64,000 nucleotides of DNA from Eledone cirrhosa. Lineage: Eukaryota. Below the pieces are notes generated by a model that saw nothing but the letters and a program-made list of their open reading frames with translations, searched no databases and was not told the origin of the DNA. The position numbers and the translations under genes are program-made. Within the stretch, counting starts at the first letter, position 1. Every line of letters starts with the position of its first letter. The stretch lies in the NCBI GenBank assembly GCA_964016885.1, contig OZ024765.1:20832001-20896000 (forward strand), written 5' to 3'. Positions 46,001-59,100 of this stretch are shown here, piece after piece.

Positions 46001-46297
46001 ATCATAGCCGTCACAATGTTGTCCAACGTGACCATTTAGGTCGCCAGCAATAATTATATAGTCACTGTCGGTTATTTGGGAGGTAGTGAGCATCAGTGTC
46101 TCATAGAAAGTGTCTTTTATAGCGCCAGGCAGTCCGGATTGGGGCGCGTACGCAGATATTATCGTCACAGTAGTTCTATTTAGAACAAGTCTTATTTTAA
46201 TTATTCTGTCGTTTACTCTATTTACGTCTATTATCTTATCCACCCATTTTTCTGCTAACATGATTCCTACTCCACCCAGCCCATTGTCATTTCCCAA
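43031..46297 (-). mobile_element. Near-full-length RTE LINE, 5'-truncated inside the endonuclease
   Basis: Open ORF, 3' UTR and (GAT)n-like tail, flanked by (TA)n. Confidence 0.95.
43295..46297 (-). CDS. RTE ORF: APE endonuclease (partial), reverse transcriptase, PHD-like finger
   Basis: GVGI, SAYAPQ, GDLNGHVG, DYIL, SQHRL; NYRGIKL, QFGF, FVDLEKAFD, GVHQGS, YADD; CSVC..CPKC..WVH..CGRC. Confidence 0.92.
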   Translation of the reverse strand: MGNDNGLGGVGIMLAEKWVDKIIDVNRVNDRIIKIRLVLNRTTVTIISAYAPQSGLPGAIKDTFYETLMLTTSQITDSDYIIIAGDLNGHVGQHCDGYDEIHGGYGFGTRNEEGSRILEFCDANNRAICNTNFKKRDNHLITYRSVEHTSQVDYILTRRRDRVSVVNTKSLPHEECTSQHRLIISDLIVRTRRTRQQKRTILKRKIWKLKDPTARNKFQSILLDAFDSKEEHLESDNIEGQWEFLKANLLMAADGVCGRSRPIGRRRVTWWWNSKVEESIKAKKQAWKIWRDGGSREDYQVARREARRQVYFARREAEERKFKHVLQREDQKREVFRIARQCVKENCDIVGEKCVLNDDGVLAITDADKKVAWKCHYERLLNEENKWEKDSLPQIDPIEGPAVLVEGSIISKAIKDMKTGKAAGPSEIVAEMLKASGTVGHTMVTRIVNQVIQNGVVPKDWRSSIIINCYKGKGDALDRSNYRGIKLIDQVMKVTEKVIVQLIRERIALDEMQFGFVSGKSTTDALFIVRQLQEKYLAKSKPLYLAFVDLEKAFDRVPRSIIWWALRKLGVDEWLVRAIQAMYKETVSKVRINNEYSEEFSVKVGVHQGSVLRPLLFIIALQAITEEFKTGCPWELVYADDLTLIAESMAELEKKFQTWKHGLESKGLKINLAKTKVLVCRKENKAPVPSGKWPCSVCRKGVGRNSILCPKCKVWVHKSGITGKLTKNVDFICGRCLGAISSKCPKVTSCFYCPDGSIEIVDTFHYLGDKISSGGGCSESTVARVRTGWKKFRELIPLLATKGFSLKVKGRLYDACIRTAMLHGSETWALRAEDLRRLERNEACMLRLMCNSNIREQQSINELSEKLGIRGIRCCLLQRRLRWYGHVMRMKDDSCIKKCRAIRIDVSYGVGRPRKTWDDLINSDLTHLHFSKTMSLNRDLWRYAIIQKNRLAYVQSEIYSQYVPLNQIYTTIHYPYSILPLPLTPPSLCKVGTTTSSPNK

Positions 46298-46379
46298 TAT
46301 ATGTATATTATCTATCTATCTATATATATATATATCAATGATATTAATAAATGGAAACTATATTTATAAAACCATATTT

Positions 46380-46438
46380 ATTCTATTATATATATTTCAA
46401 GGATACCAAAACTTTGGTACGCTCTCATCAGATAAAAC
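46380..46438 (-). ncRNA. Hammerhead ribozyme, family B
   Basis: Minus: GTTTTAT-CTGATGA-GAGCGTACCAAA..TTTGGTATCCTT-GAAA-TATATA-TA-ATAGAAT. Confidence 0.8.
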
Positions 46439-46811
46439 ACAAAATTTGTTTTATAAATATTGACATATCCAGAAACAAGACCTTCACGGTTCAAGTTATA
46501 CCTGGATAGTAAAAGGAAAAAGGGGATGAGAGGAAAAAACAAATATTTCAAATTATTAAGATGAATATGCAAACGAGGTTGAGGTATAGGGCTGAAAAAA
46601 CGTTATTTTTAGACGCTAGGTAGATTTAAATAATTATTAGGATATATATATATATGTATGTATATGAGTAGGAAGAAGAAAGAAAAAGAAAGAAAAGCTT
46701 GTAATTACATGAATTTAAAAAGATTGAAACGTTAAGAATTAACAGGTTCTTGGAATGGTGGAATATGATTCCAGAATTTAAAAAATATTTAGCTATATTA
46801 TGAGTTATAAT

Positions 46812-47147
46812 CATCATCATTTTCATCATTTCATTTTACGTCCGCTTTTTCCCTGCTTGCAAGGGTGGGACGGGAACTGATCCTGGCTTGATTTCTACAG
46901 CTGGTTGCCCTTCCTAACACCAACCTCATTTACAGTGAGTGCTGGGTGCTTTTTTGCTGTGGCACCTCCACGACCACTTTGCAGTGGTCCCCAGTCCCTA
47001 TCATCTCATTTCTACAGCTGAGTAAACTGGAGCAATGGGAAATAAAGTGTCTTGCTCAAGGAAACAACACATCACCCGGTCTGAGAATTGAACTCACAAC
47101 CTTTCGATTGCAAGGCCAATGCTCTAACCACTAAGCCATGTGCCTCC
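46812..47147 (-). mobile_element. Full-length CORE-like SINE
   Basis: Reverse complement of the 9-343 family. Confidence 0.92.
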
Positions 47148-47152
47148 ATAAC

Positions 47153-47608
47153 CATCATCACCGTTTTACGTCCGTTCTTCCACGCTAGCATGGGTTAGAC
47201 GGGTTGTCCTGTTGTGGGCAGTGTCTGGTCAGCTGACCATGCCTTGCTCATACAGGAACTGATTTGGCTTGATTTCTACAGCTGGATGCCCTTCCTAACA
47301 CCAACCTCATTTACAGTGAGTGTTGGGTGCTTTTTAGTGGCGCCTACACGTCCACTTTACAGTGTGGGCTGGGTGCTTTTTTGCCGTGGCACCTCCACGA
47401 CCACCTTGCAGTGGGAGGGTGTGGGGCATATTGTCTATATGCTTCAGCTTGTACCCATGGGAGGTCAGGTACTCTGTATTACTGCGTGACGCCAGAGGTC
47501 ACGGTCGTGTGTCATTGCCTTTGAGAGGTGTAATTGGGTAAGGTCGACTTTTATCACCTCATCCCAGGTCATCTTGGGTCTCCCCACTCCGCGGTTTCCA
47601 TCAACTTC
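47153..47608 (-). mobile_element. RTE LINE 3' fragment
   Basis: Near-identical to 52220-52690. TATGAGTTATAAT direct repeats at 46799-46811 and 47609-47621. Confidence 0.88.
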
Positions 47609-47744
47609 TATGAGTTATAATATTATATATATATAATCAATTAGATTATATGAAGAATTATGGTTGTAAGTACATTTTATCTTATATTGCAACAGGTTGT
47701 AAGTATATAAATATCTATATAGATTAATAAGATAAGAACTTTTG

Positions 47745-47803
47745 ATTTTATCTGATGAGTGCGTACCAAAGTTTTGGTACCCTTGAAATATATATAATAG
47801 AAT
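47745..47803 (+). ncRNA. Hammerhead ribozyme, family B
   Basis: ATTTTAT-CTGATGA-GTGCGTACCAAA..TTTGGTACCCTT-GAAA-TATATA-TA-ATAGAAT. Confidence 0.75.
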
Positions 47804-47841
47804 AAATATGGTTTTATAAATATAGTTTCCATTTATAAAAT

Positions 47842-48186
47842 GGAGGCACATGGCTTAGTGGTTAGAGCATTGGCCTTGCAATCGAAAGGTTGTGAGTTCA
47901 ATTCTCAGACTGGGTGATGTGTTGTTTCCTTGAGCAAGACACTTTATTTCACATTGCTCCAGTTTACTCAGCTGTAGAAATGAGATGATAGGACAAGGAT
48001 CCCTATCATTCCACTGCAAAGTGATCGTGGAGGTGCCACGGAAAAAAAAGCACCCAGCACTCACTGTAAATGAGGTTGGTGTTAGGAAGGGCATCCAGCT
48101 GTAGAAATCAAGCCAGAATCAGTTCCCATCCCACCCTTGCAAGCAGGAAAAAGCGGACGTAAAAATGAAATGATGAAAATGATGAT
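47842..48186 (+). mobile_element. Full-length CORE-like SINE interrupting a family B element
   Basis: Family B downstream sequence resumes at ~48188 (ATATCATTGATAT..TACTCCAG). Confidence 0.92.
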
Positions 48187-48659
48187 AAATATCATTGATA
48201 TTATACTCCAGAAAACCTGTAGAGTGCTTCGAATCAGTTATAAATATATTTGTTGAATTACCAACAAATTAAATATCCCTTTGCTTATATATATACGGAC
48301 GGTTCAAGTAGCTTTCGGTGTAGCTCATTAAACTAAACAAAGTAAATTTGAATACATAGAAGAAAAACGTACTTTATGTAAACATGAAAACCTTAGGCAC
48401 TATTCCAGTGAAATAATTAATATGTGAGCTCGGTGTCATCCGTTATACCATGTAACAACAGAAATCCAGTCTAGGTATAACATTTTTTTGACAACAGTAA
48501 AAGTGCATCATGAAATAGAGAAGTGAAGTGAATAATAGACACTATTATGTACAAAGCATAATATTGTAAAAGTTATGACATCACATAATGTATGAACATC
48601 AAGCTTGACTCTTGTCTTACTTAATCACAAAAATTCTTACTTAATCACAAAAATTCACA

Positions 48660-48862
48660 CAAATAACCGAAATTTTTTAATGTCTCCAAAGGCCCCAATA
48701 TCGATTTTTGAAAGCCTTTGTAGATATTGAACAGTTTTGTGCAAGGAGAAGCTCTGTAAAAAAATTTCAAAGAAATCGCATGAATGGTTTAGAATATATG
48801 AGCCCTCATTAAAAAATTGTCCACGCACACATACACAGAAAACTTCAGCTTTATATATATAT
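48660..48862 (+). mobile_element. Possible non-autonomous Helitron-like 3' end
   Basis: AAAATTTCAAAGAAATCGCATGAATGGTTTAG..CACACATACACAG..CTTCAGCTTTATATATA resembles invertebrate Helitron-like short elements (from memory). Confidence 0.35.
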
Positions 48863-48963
48863 ACAGATATACTTAGGTTAATAGGAGTTAGGTATTGTAT
48901 AATATAAGTTTATCCCAGGTTCAATCGGGGGTAGCCACAGTAAGTAAGGTACTCAATACAATT

Positions 48964-49016
48964 GGGCTTCCTGATGATTTCTCCCGAATGAAACAGTTCT
49001 AGTCCTGTAGAAGCCT
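48964..49016 (+). ncRNA. Type I hammerhead ribozyme, family F (full stem III)
   Basis: GGGCTTC-CTGATGA-TTTC-TCCC-GAAT-GAAA-CAG-TTCTAGTC-CTG-TA-GAAGCCT. Confidence 0.75.
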
Positions 49017-49294
49017 CTTCTATATTATATATATATACATATTCGCAGCTCTAGCATCACTCTTTCATAGCCAACCTATGAAGTTTTCAGTCGAGACTCG
49101 CACTACAAGTACAGCCACCTCCACCACGACCAACACTCCACCACCACACACAACAACAACCACAACAACAACACAATCAATTGCGAAGTAATTAAAGGTG
49201 GCCTAATTATGTGTGTTTGAGTCATTAATGGACATAACTTAAGGTTGACCACAACTGGAGGGTGAATCAGTGAATTATCTCACTACACACCTAG

Positions 49295-49572
49295 ACACAC
49301 ACGTGTGTGTGTGTATATACACACACACGTCTATATATATATATATATATATACATACACATGTATGTATATATATACACACATGTATGTATATATATAT
49401 ATATACACACACATGTATGTATATATATATATTTGTAGATATATATGTGTATGTGTGGGTGTATGTATATATATATATATATATACACACACACATATAT
49501 ATATATTTCTATATATATAATTATCTATATGTTTACATATATGTATGTAAACATATATATATATATATAAAT

Positions 49573-49613
<41 letters not shown>

Positions 49614-49847
49614 CCTACATATGTGTATATATATATTTATATATGTATATATATATGTATATATGTATATATATACATATATATATACATATATATATAT
49701 ATACATATATATATATACATATATATGTATATATATACATATATATATACATATATATATATATACATATATATATATACATATATATACATATATATAT
49801 ATACATATAAATATATACATATAAATATATACATATAAATATATATG

Positions 49848-49879
<32 letters not shown>

Positions 49880-49921
49880 AATATATATGTATATACATAT
49901 AAATATATATGTATATACATA

Positions 49922-49972
<51 letters not shown>

Positions 49973-49983
49973 GTATATACATA

Positions 49984-50017
<34 letters not shown>

Positions 50018-50204
50018 AATATATATGTATATACATATAAATATATATGTATATACATATATATATACATATAAATATATATGTATATACATATATATAT
50101 ATATATACATATAAATATATATATATATGTATATACATATATATATATATATACATATAAATATATATATGTATATATGTATATACATATATATACATAT
50201 AAAT

Positions 50205-50249
<45 letters not shown>

Positions 50250-50544
50250 TACATATAAATATATATATGTATATATGTATATACATATATATACATATAA
50301 ATATATATATATATGTATATACATATATACATATAAATATATATATATATGTATATACATATATACATATAAATATATATATGTATATATGTATATACAT
50401 ATATATACATATAAATATATATATATATGTATATACATATATATATATACATATAAATATATATATATGTATATATGTATATACATATATATATATATAC
50501 ATATATATATATGTATATATGTATATACATATATATATATACAC

Positions 50545-50591
<47 letters not shown>

Positions 50592-50594
50592 TAC

Positions 50595-50671
<77 letters not shown>

Positions 50672-52055
50672 ATCATTTTAGGAGCAGGGAAGAGCGGACG
50701 TAAAACAATGATGATGATGATGTCTATATATGTGTGTGTATATGCATATATATATACATATATACACACACATATGTAGACTCACACCATGTGTCACTGA
50801 GGTTAAAATCACAGCCAACAAAACTATTAATATGTATTTATTCCACAGAGAATGTCGGCCATATTTATTGAGATTTGTTTTCCATTGTCTGTCTCTCTCT
50901 CTCTTCCTCTCTATCTCAGCCCCTCATTGTCTCTCTCTCCCCCTCCCATTGCGCCCCTATCTCTCTCTCCTCTTCCCCTCTCATTGTCCCTCTTTCCCTC
51001 TCCATTCCTCTCTCATTGTCTCCAACTCTCTCTTCACCTCTCTCTCTCTCCCTCTCATTGTCCCTCTCCATTCCTCTCTCATTGTCTCCCACTCTCTCTT
51101 CACCTCTCCCTCTCCATTCCTCTCTCATTGTCTCCCATTCTCTCTTCATCTCTCTCTGTCCTTATCAGTCTCTTCCTCTCTCTCTCCCTCCCTCTCTAAC
51201 TCTGTCTTTCCTTCTCTCCTTTTCTATTCAACTCTGCCCCCCATTCAGCTATTTGTGCCAGAACAACAGATTCTTTTTCATAGGACACCTACACATATAC
51301 ATACACACACACATATATATACACACATACACACACATATATATACACACATACACACACATATATATATACATAGATATATATACACACACATATATAT
51401 ACACATAGATATATATACACACACACATATATATACACATACATACATATATATAAACACATACACATATATATACACATACATACATATATATAAACAC
51501 ATACACATATATATACATATATACACATACACATATACACACATATACATATATACACATACACACACATATATATATATATACATAGATATATATACAC
51601 ACATATATATACACACATACACACATATATATATATACACACATACACACATATATATATATACACACATATATATATAGATATATATACACATATATAT
51701 ATACACACATACACACACATATATATATACATAGATATATATACACACACATATATATACACACATACAGACATATATATATACATAGATATATATACAC
51801 ATACACACATATATATACACACATATATATATGCATAGATATATATACACATATATACACACAAACACACACATATATATACACATACATATATATACAC
51901 ATACATACATATATATACACATACATACATATATATACACATACATACATATATATATATACACATACATACATATATATATATACATACACATACATAT
52001 ATACTTACACATACATACATATACACATACATACATATACACATACATACATAGA

Positions 52056-52087
<32 letters not shown>

Positions 52088-52219
52088 CACATACATATAT
52101 ACTTACACATACATATATACTTACACACACATACATATATATACACATACATACACATACATATATATACACATACATACACATATATATATACACATAC
52201 ATACACATATATATATACA
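49295..52219. repeat. TA/CA microsatellites with a CT-rich minisatellite (50886-51225) and an RTE tail scrap (50680-50722)
   Basis: Directly visible. Confidence 0.9.
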
Positions 52220-52790
52220 CATCATCATCATCATCACCGTTTTACGCCCGTTCTTCCACTTTAGCATGGGTTAGACGGGTTGTCCTGTTGTGGGCAGTGT
52301 CTGGTTGGCTGACCATGCCTTGCTCATACGGGAACTGATACTGGCTTGATTTCTACAGCTGGATGCCCTTCCTAACACCAACCTCATTTACAGTGAGTGC
52401 TGGGTGCTTTTTTGCCGTGGCGCCTACACGTCCACTTTACAGTGTGGGCTGGGTGCTTTTTTGCCATGGCACCTCCACGACCACCTTGCAGTGGGAGGGT
52501 GTGGGGGCATATTGTCTATATGCTTCAGCTTGTACCCATGGGAGGTCGGGTACTCTGGATTACTGCGTAACGCCAGAGGTCACGGTCGTGTGTCATTGCC
52601 TTTGAGAGGTGTAATTGGGTAAGGTCGGCTTTTATCACCTCATCCCAGGTCTTCTTGGGTCTCCCCACTCCGCGGTTTCCATTGACCTCTAGTGCTCTGC
52701 ACCTTTTTATGCAGCTGTCATCCTTCATATGCATCCCATGTCCATACCAACGCAACCGTCTCTCCTGCACACAGCATTTGATTCCTTTTA
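52220..52790 (-). mobile_element. RTE LINE 3' fragment
   Basis: [29 protein letters not shown], then 3' UTR and (GAT)n. Confidence 0.9.
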
Positions 52791-52807
52791 TACATATATA
52801 TACACAT

Positions 52808-52878
<71 letters not shown>

Positions 52879-53084
52879 TATATATATACAGATACATACA
52901 CACATATATATATATAAGGATTAAAATACTGGAGCGTGTTGGAGTTAAACACCCTCTTCATATTATAGAAATGACAGTAAAAGGTATATATATATATACA
53001 CATACATACACACACATATATATATATATATATACACATACATACACATTATATATATATATATATATACATATATATATGTAT

Positions 53085-53191
53085 ATCATCCTCATCATTT
53101 AACGTCTACTTTCCCAGCTACCAAGGGTTGGATGGGTCACCACAGACTGAGTTTGAACTGAAACAGACTCACTGGGCTCCAGGACATCGTG
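53085..53191 (-). mobile_element. Diverged RTE/SINE-type 3' tail abutting the satellite
   Basis: CATCATTTAACGTCTACTTTCC..GGGTTGGATGGG. Confidence 0.6.
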
Positions 53192-56100
53192 GATGTCTAC
53201 ATCTGGTGTAGATACAGTTCCACCCTCTACTCAGTACATATCCCCATTAGACCAGTCAGATGTCTACATCTGGTTTAGATACAGCTCCACCCTCTACTCA
53301 GTACATATCCCCATTAGACCAGTCAGATGTCTACATCTGGTTTAGATACAGTTCCACCCTCTACTCAGTACATATCTCCATTAGACCAGTCAGATGTCTA
53401 CATCTGGTTTAGATACAGTTCCACCCTCTACTCAGTACATATCTCCATTAGACCAGTCAGATGTCTACATCTGGTTTAGATACAGTTCCACCCTCTACTC
53501 AGTACATATCTCCATTAGACCAGTCAGATGTCTACATCTGGTTTAGATACAGTTCCACCCTCTACTCAGTACATATCACCATTAGACCAGTCAGATGTCT
53601 ACATCTGGTTTAGATACAGTTCCACCCTCTACTCAGTACATATCACCATTAGACCAGTCAGATGTCTACATCTGGTTTAGATACAGTTCCACCCCCTACT
53701 CAGTACATATCCCCATTAGACCAGTCAGATGTCTACATCTGGTTTAGATACAGTTCCACCCTCTACTCAGTACATATCACCATTAGACCAGTCAGATGTC
53801 TACATCTGGTTTAGATACAGTTCCACCCTCTACTCAGTACATATCCCCATTAGACCAGTCAGATGTCTACATCTGGTTTAGATACAGTTCCACCCTCTAC
53901 TCAGTACATATCCCCATTAGACCAGTCAGATGTCTACATCTGGTTTAGATACAGTTCCACCCTCTACTCAGTACATATCTCCATTAGACCAGTCAGATGT
54001 CTACATCTGGTTTAGATACAGTTCCACCCTCTACTCAGTACATATCTCCATTAGACCAGTCAGATGTCTACATCTGGTTTAGATACAGTTCCACCCTCTA
54101 CTCAGTACATATCTCCATTAGACCAGTCAGATGTCTACATCTGGTTTAGATACAGTTCCACCCTCTACTCAGTACATATCACCATTAGACCAGTCAGATG
54201 TCTACATCTGGTTTAGATACAGTTCCACCCTCTACTCAGTACATATCACCATTAGACCAGTCAGATGTCTACATCTGGTTTAGATACAGTTCCACCCCCT
54301 ACTCAGTACATATCCCCATTAGACCAGTCAGATGTCTACATCTGGTTTAGATACAGTTCCACCCTCTACTCAGTACATATCACCATTAGACCAGTCAGAT
54401 GTCTACATCTGGTTTAGATACAGTTCCACCCTCTACTCAGTACATATCCCCATTAGACCAGTCAGATGTCTACATCTGGTTTAGATACACTTCCACCCTC
54501 TACTCAGTACATATCCCCATTAGACCAGTCAGATGTCTACATCTGGTTTAGATACACTTCCACCCTCTACTCAGTACATATCCCCATTAGACCAGTCAGA
54601 TGTCTACATCTGGTTTAGATACAGTTCCACCCTCTACTCAGTACATATCCCCATTAGACCAGTCAGATCTACATCTGGTTTAGATACAGTTCCACCCTCT
54701 ACTCAGTACATATCCCCATTAGACCAGTCGGATGTCTACATCTGGTTTAGATACAGTTCCACCCTCTACTCAGTACATATGCCCATTAGACCAGTCAGAT
54801 GTCTACATCTGGTGTAAATACTGTTCCACCCTCTACTCAGTACATATCCCCATTAGACCAGTCACATGTCTACATCTGGTTTAGATACAGTTCCACCCTC
54901 TACTCAGTACATATCCCCATTAGACCAGTCAGGTGTCTACATCTGGTTTAGATACAGTTCCACCCTCTACTCAGTACATATCCCCATTAGACCAGTCACA
55001 TGTCTACATCTGGTTTAGATACAGTTCCACCCTCTACTCAGTACATATCCCCATTAGACCAGTCAGATGTCTACATCTGGTGTAAATACTGTTCCACCCT
55101 CTACTCAGTACATATCCCCATTAGACCAGTCAGGTGTCTACATCTGGTTTAGATACAGTTCCACCCTCTACTCAGTACATATCCCCATTAGACCAGTCAG
55201 ATGTCTACATCTGGTTTAGATACAGTTCCACCCTCTACTCAGTACATATCCCCATTAGACCAGTCAGATGTCTACATCTGGTTTAGATACAGTTCCACCC
55301 TCTACTCAGTACATATCCCCATTAGACCAGTCAGATGTCTACATCTGGTGTAGATACAGTTCCACCCTCTACTCAGTACATATCACCATTAGACCAGTCA
55401 CATGTCTACATCTGGTTTAGATACAGTTCCACCCTCTACTCAGTACATATCCCCATTAGACCAGTCAGATCTACATCTGGTTTAGATACAGTTCCACCCT
55501 CTACTCAGTACATATCCCCATTAGACCAGTCAGATCTACATCTGGTTTAGATACAGTTCCACCCTCTACTCAGTACATATCCCCATTAGACCAGTCAGGT
55601 GTCTACATCTGGTTTAGATACAGTTCCACCCTCTACTCAGTACATATCCCCATTAGACCAGTCAGGTGTCTACATCTGGTTTAGATACACTTCCACCTTC
55701 TACTCACTACATATCCCCATTAGACCAGTCAGATGTCTACATCTGGTTTAGATACAGTTCCACCCTCTACTCAGTACATATCCCCATTAGACCAGTCAGA
55801 TGTCTACATCTGGTTTAGATACAGTTCCACCCTCTACTCAGTACATATCCCCATTAGACCAGTCAGATGTCTACATCTGGTTTAGATACAGTTCCACCCT
55901 CTACTCAGTACATATCCCCATTAGACCAGTCAGATGTCTACATCTGGTTTAGATACAGTTCCACCCTCTACTCAGTACATATCCCCATTAGACCAGTCAG
56001 GTGTCTACATCTGGTTTAGATACAGTTCCACCCTCTACTCAGTACATATCCCCATTAGACCAGTCAGATGTCTACATCTGGTTTAGATACAGTTCCACCC

Positions 56101-59100
56101 TCTACTCAGTACATATCCCCATTAGACCAGTCAGATGTCTACATCTGGTTTAGATACAGTTCCACCCTCTACTCAGTACATATCCCCATTAGACCAGTCA
56201 GATGTCTACATCTGGTTTAGATACAGTTCCACCCTCTACTCAGTACATATCCCCATTAGACCAGTCAGATCTACATCTGGTTTAGATACAGTTCCACCCT
56301 CTACTCAGTACATATCCCCATTAGACCAGTCAGATGTCTACATCTGGTTTAGATACAGTTCCACCCTCTACTCAGTACATATCCCCATTAGACCAGTCAG
56401 ATGTCTACATCTGGTTTAGATACAGTTCCACCCTCTACTCAGTACATATCCCCATTAGACCAGTCAGGTGTCTACATCTGGTTTAGATACAGTTCCACCC
56501 TCTACTCAGTACATATCCTCATTAGACCAGTCAGATGTCTACATCTGGTGTAGATACAGTTCCACCCTCTACTCAGTACATATCCCCATTAGACCAGTCA
56601 GATGTCTACATCTGGTTTAGATACAGTTCCACCCTCTACTCAGTACATATCCCCATTAGACCAGTCAGATGTCTACATCTGGTTTAGATACAGTTCCACC
56701 CTCTACTCAGTACATATCCTCATTAGACCAGTCAGATGTCTACATCTGGTTTAGATACAGTTCCACCCTCTACTCAGTACATATCCCCATTAGACCAGTC
56801 AGATCTACATCTGGTTTAGATACAGTTCCACCCTCTACTCAGTACATATCCCCATTAGACCAGTCAGATCTACATCTGGTTTAGATACAGTTCCACCCTC
56901 TACTCAGTACATATCCCCATTAGACCAGTCAGGTGTCTACATCTGGTTTAGATACAGTTCCACCCTCTTCTCAGTACATATCCCCATTAGACCAGTCAGA
57001 TGTCTACATCTGGTTTAGATACAGTTCCACCCTCTACTCAGTACATATCACCATTAGACCAGTCAGATGTCTACATCTGGTTTAGATACAGTTCCACCCT
57101 CTACTCAGTACATATCCCCATTAGACCAGTCAGATGTCTACATCTGGTTTAGATACAGTTCCACCCTCTACTCAGTACATATCCCCATTAGACCAGTCAG
57201 ATGTCTACATCTGGTTTAGATACAGTTCCACCCTCTACTCAGTACATATCCCCATTAGACCAGTCAGATGTCTACATCTGGTTTAGATACAGTTCCACCC
57301 TCTACTCAGTACATATCACCATTAGACCAGTCAGATGTCTACATCTGGTTTAGATACAGTTCCACCCTCTACTCAGTACATATCACCATTAGACCAGTCA
57401 GATGTCTACATCTGGTTTAGATACAGTTCCACCCTCTACTCAGTACATATCCCCATTAGACCAGTCAGGTGTCTACATCTGGTTTAGATACAGTTCCACC
57501 CTCTACTCAGTACATATCCCCATTAGACCAGTCAGATGTCTACATCTGGTTTAGATACAGTTCCACCCTCTACTCAGTACATATCACCATTAGACCAGTC
57601 AGATGTCTACATCTGGTTTAGATACAGTTCCACCCTCTACTCAGTACATATCCCCATTAGACCAGTCAGATGTCTACATCTGGTTTAGATACAGTTCCAC
57701 CCTCTACTCAGTACATATCCCCATTAGACCAGTCAGATGTCTACATCTGGTTTAGATACTGTTCCACCCTCTACTCAGTACATATCCCCATTAGACCAGT
57801 CAGATGTCTACATCTGGTTTAGATACACTTCCACCCTCTACTCAGTATATATCCCCATTAGACCAGTCAGGTGTCTACATCTGGTTTAGATACAGTTCCA
57901 CCCTCTACTCAGTACATATCCCCATTAGATCAGTCACATGTCTACATCTGGTTTAGATACAGTTCCACCCTCTACTCAGTACATATCCCCATTAGACCAG
58001 TCAGATGTCTACATCTGGTTTAGATACAGTTCCACCCTCTACTCAGTACATATCCCCATTAGACCAGTCAGGTGTCTACATCTGGTTTAGATACAGTTCC
58101 ACCCTCTACTCAGTACATATCCCCATTAGACCAGTCAGGTGTCTACATCTGGTTTAGATACAGTTCCACCCTCTACTCAGTACATATCCCCATTAGACCA
58201 GTCAGATGTCTACATCTGGTTTAGATACAGTTCCACCCTCTACTCAGTACATATCCCCATTAGACCAGTCAGGTGTCTACATCTGGTTTAGATACAGTTC
58301 CACCCTCTACTCAGTACATATCCCCATTAGACCAGTCAGATGTCTACATCTGGTTTAGATACAGTTCCACCCTCTACTCACTACATATCCTCATTAGACC
58401 AGTCAGATGTCTACATCTGGTTTAGATACAGTTCCACCCTCTACTCATTACATATCCCCATTAGACCAGTCAGATGTCTACATCTGGTGTAGATACAGTT
58501 CCACCCTCTACTCAGTACATATCCCCATTAGACCAGTCAGGTGTCTACATCTGGTTTAGATACACTTCCACCCTCTACTCAGTACATATCCCCATTAGAC
58601 CAGTCAGATGTCTACATCTGGTTTAGATACAGTTCCACCCTCTACTCACTACATATCCCCATTAGACCAGTCAGATGTCTACATCTGGTTTAGATACAGT
58701 TCCACCCTCTACTCAGTACATATCACCATTAGACCAGTCAGATCTACATCTGGTTTAGATACAGTCCCACCCTCTACTCAGTACATATCCCCATTAGACC
58801 AGTCACATGTCTACATCTGGTTTAGATACAGTTCCACCCTCTACTCAGTACATATCCCCATTAGACCAGTCAGATCTACATCTGGTTTAGATACAGTTCC
58901 ACCCTCTACTCAGTACATATCCCCATTAGACCAGTCAGATCTACATCTGGTTTAGATACAGTTCCACCCTCTACTCAGTACATATCCCCATTAGACCAGT
59001 CAGGTGTCTACATCTGGTTTAGATACAGTTCCACCCTCTACTCAGTACATATCCCCATTAGACCAGTCAGGTGTCTACATCTGGTTTAGATACAGTTCCA

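Noticed and set aside
43719-46463. Plus-strand ORFs over the RTE element (and likewise over the CR1 and the 5810 RTE)
   Set aside because: Antisense shadows of the LINE ORFs.
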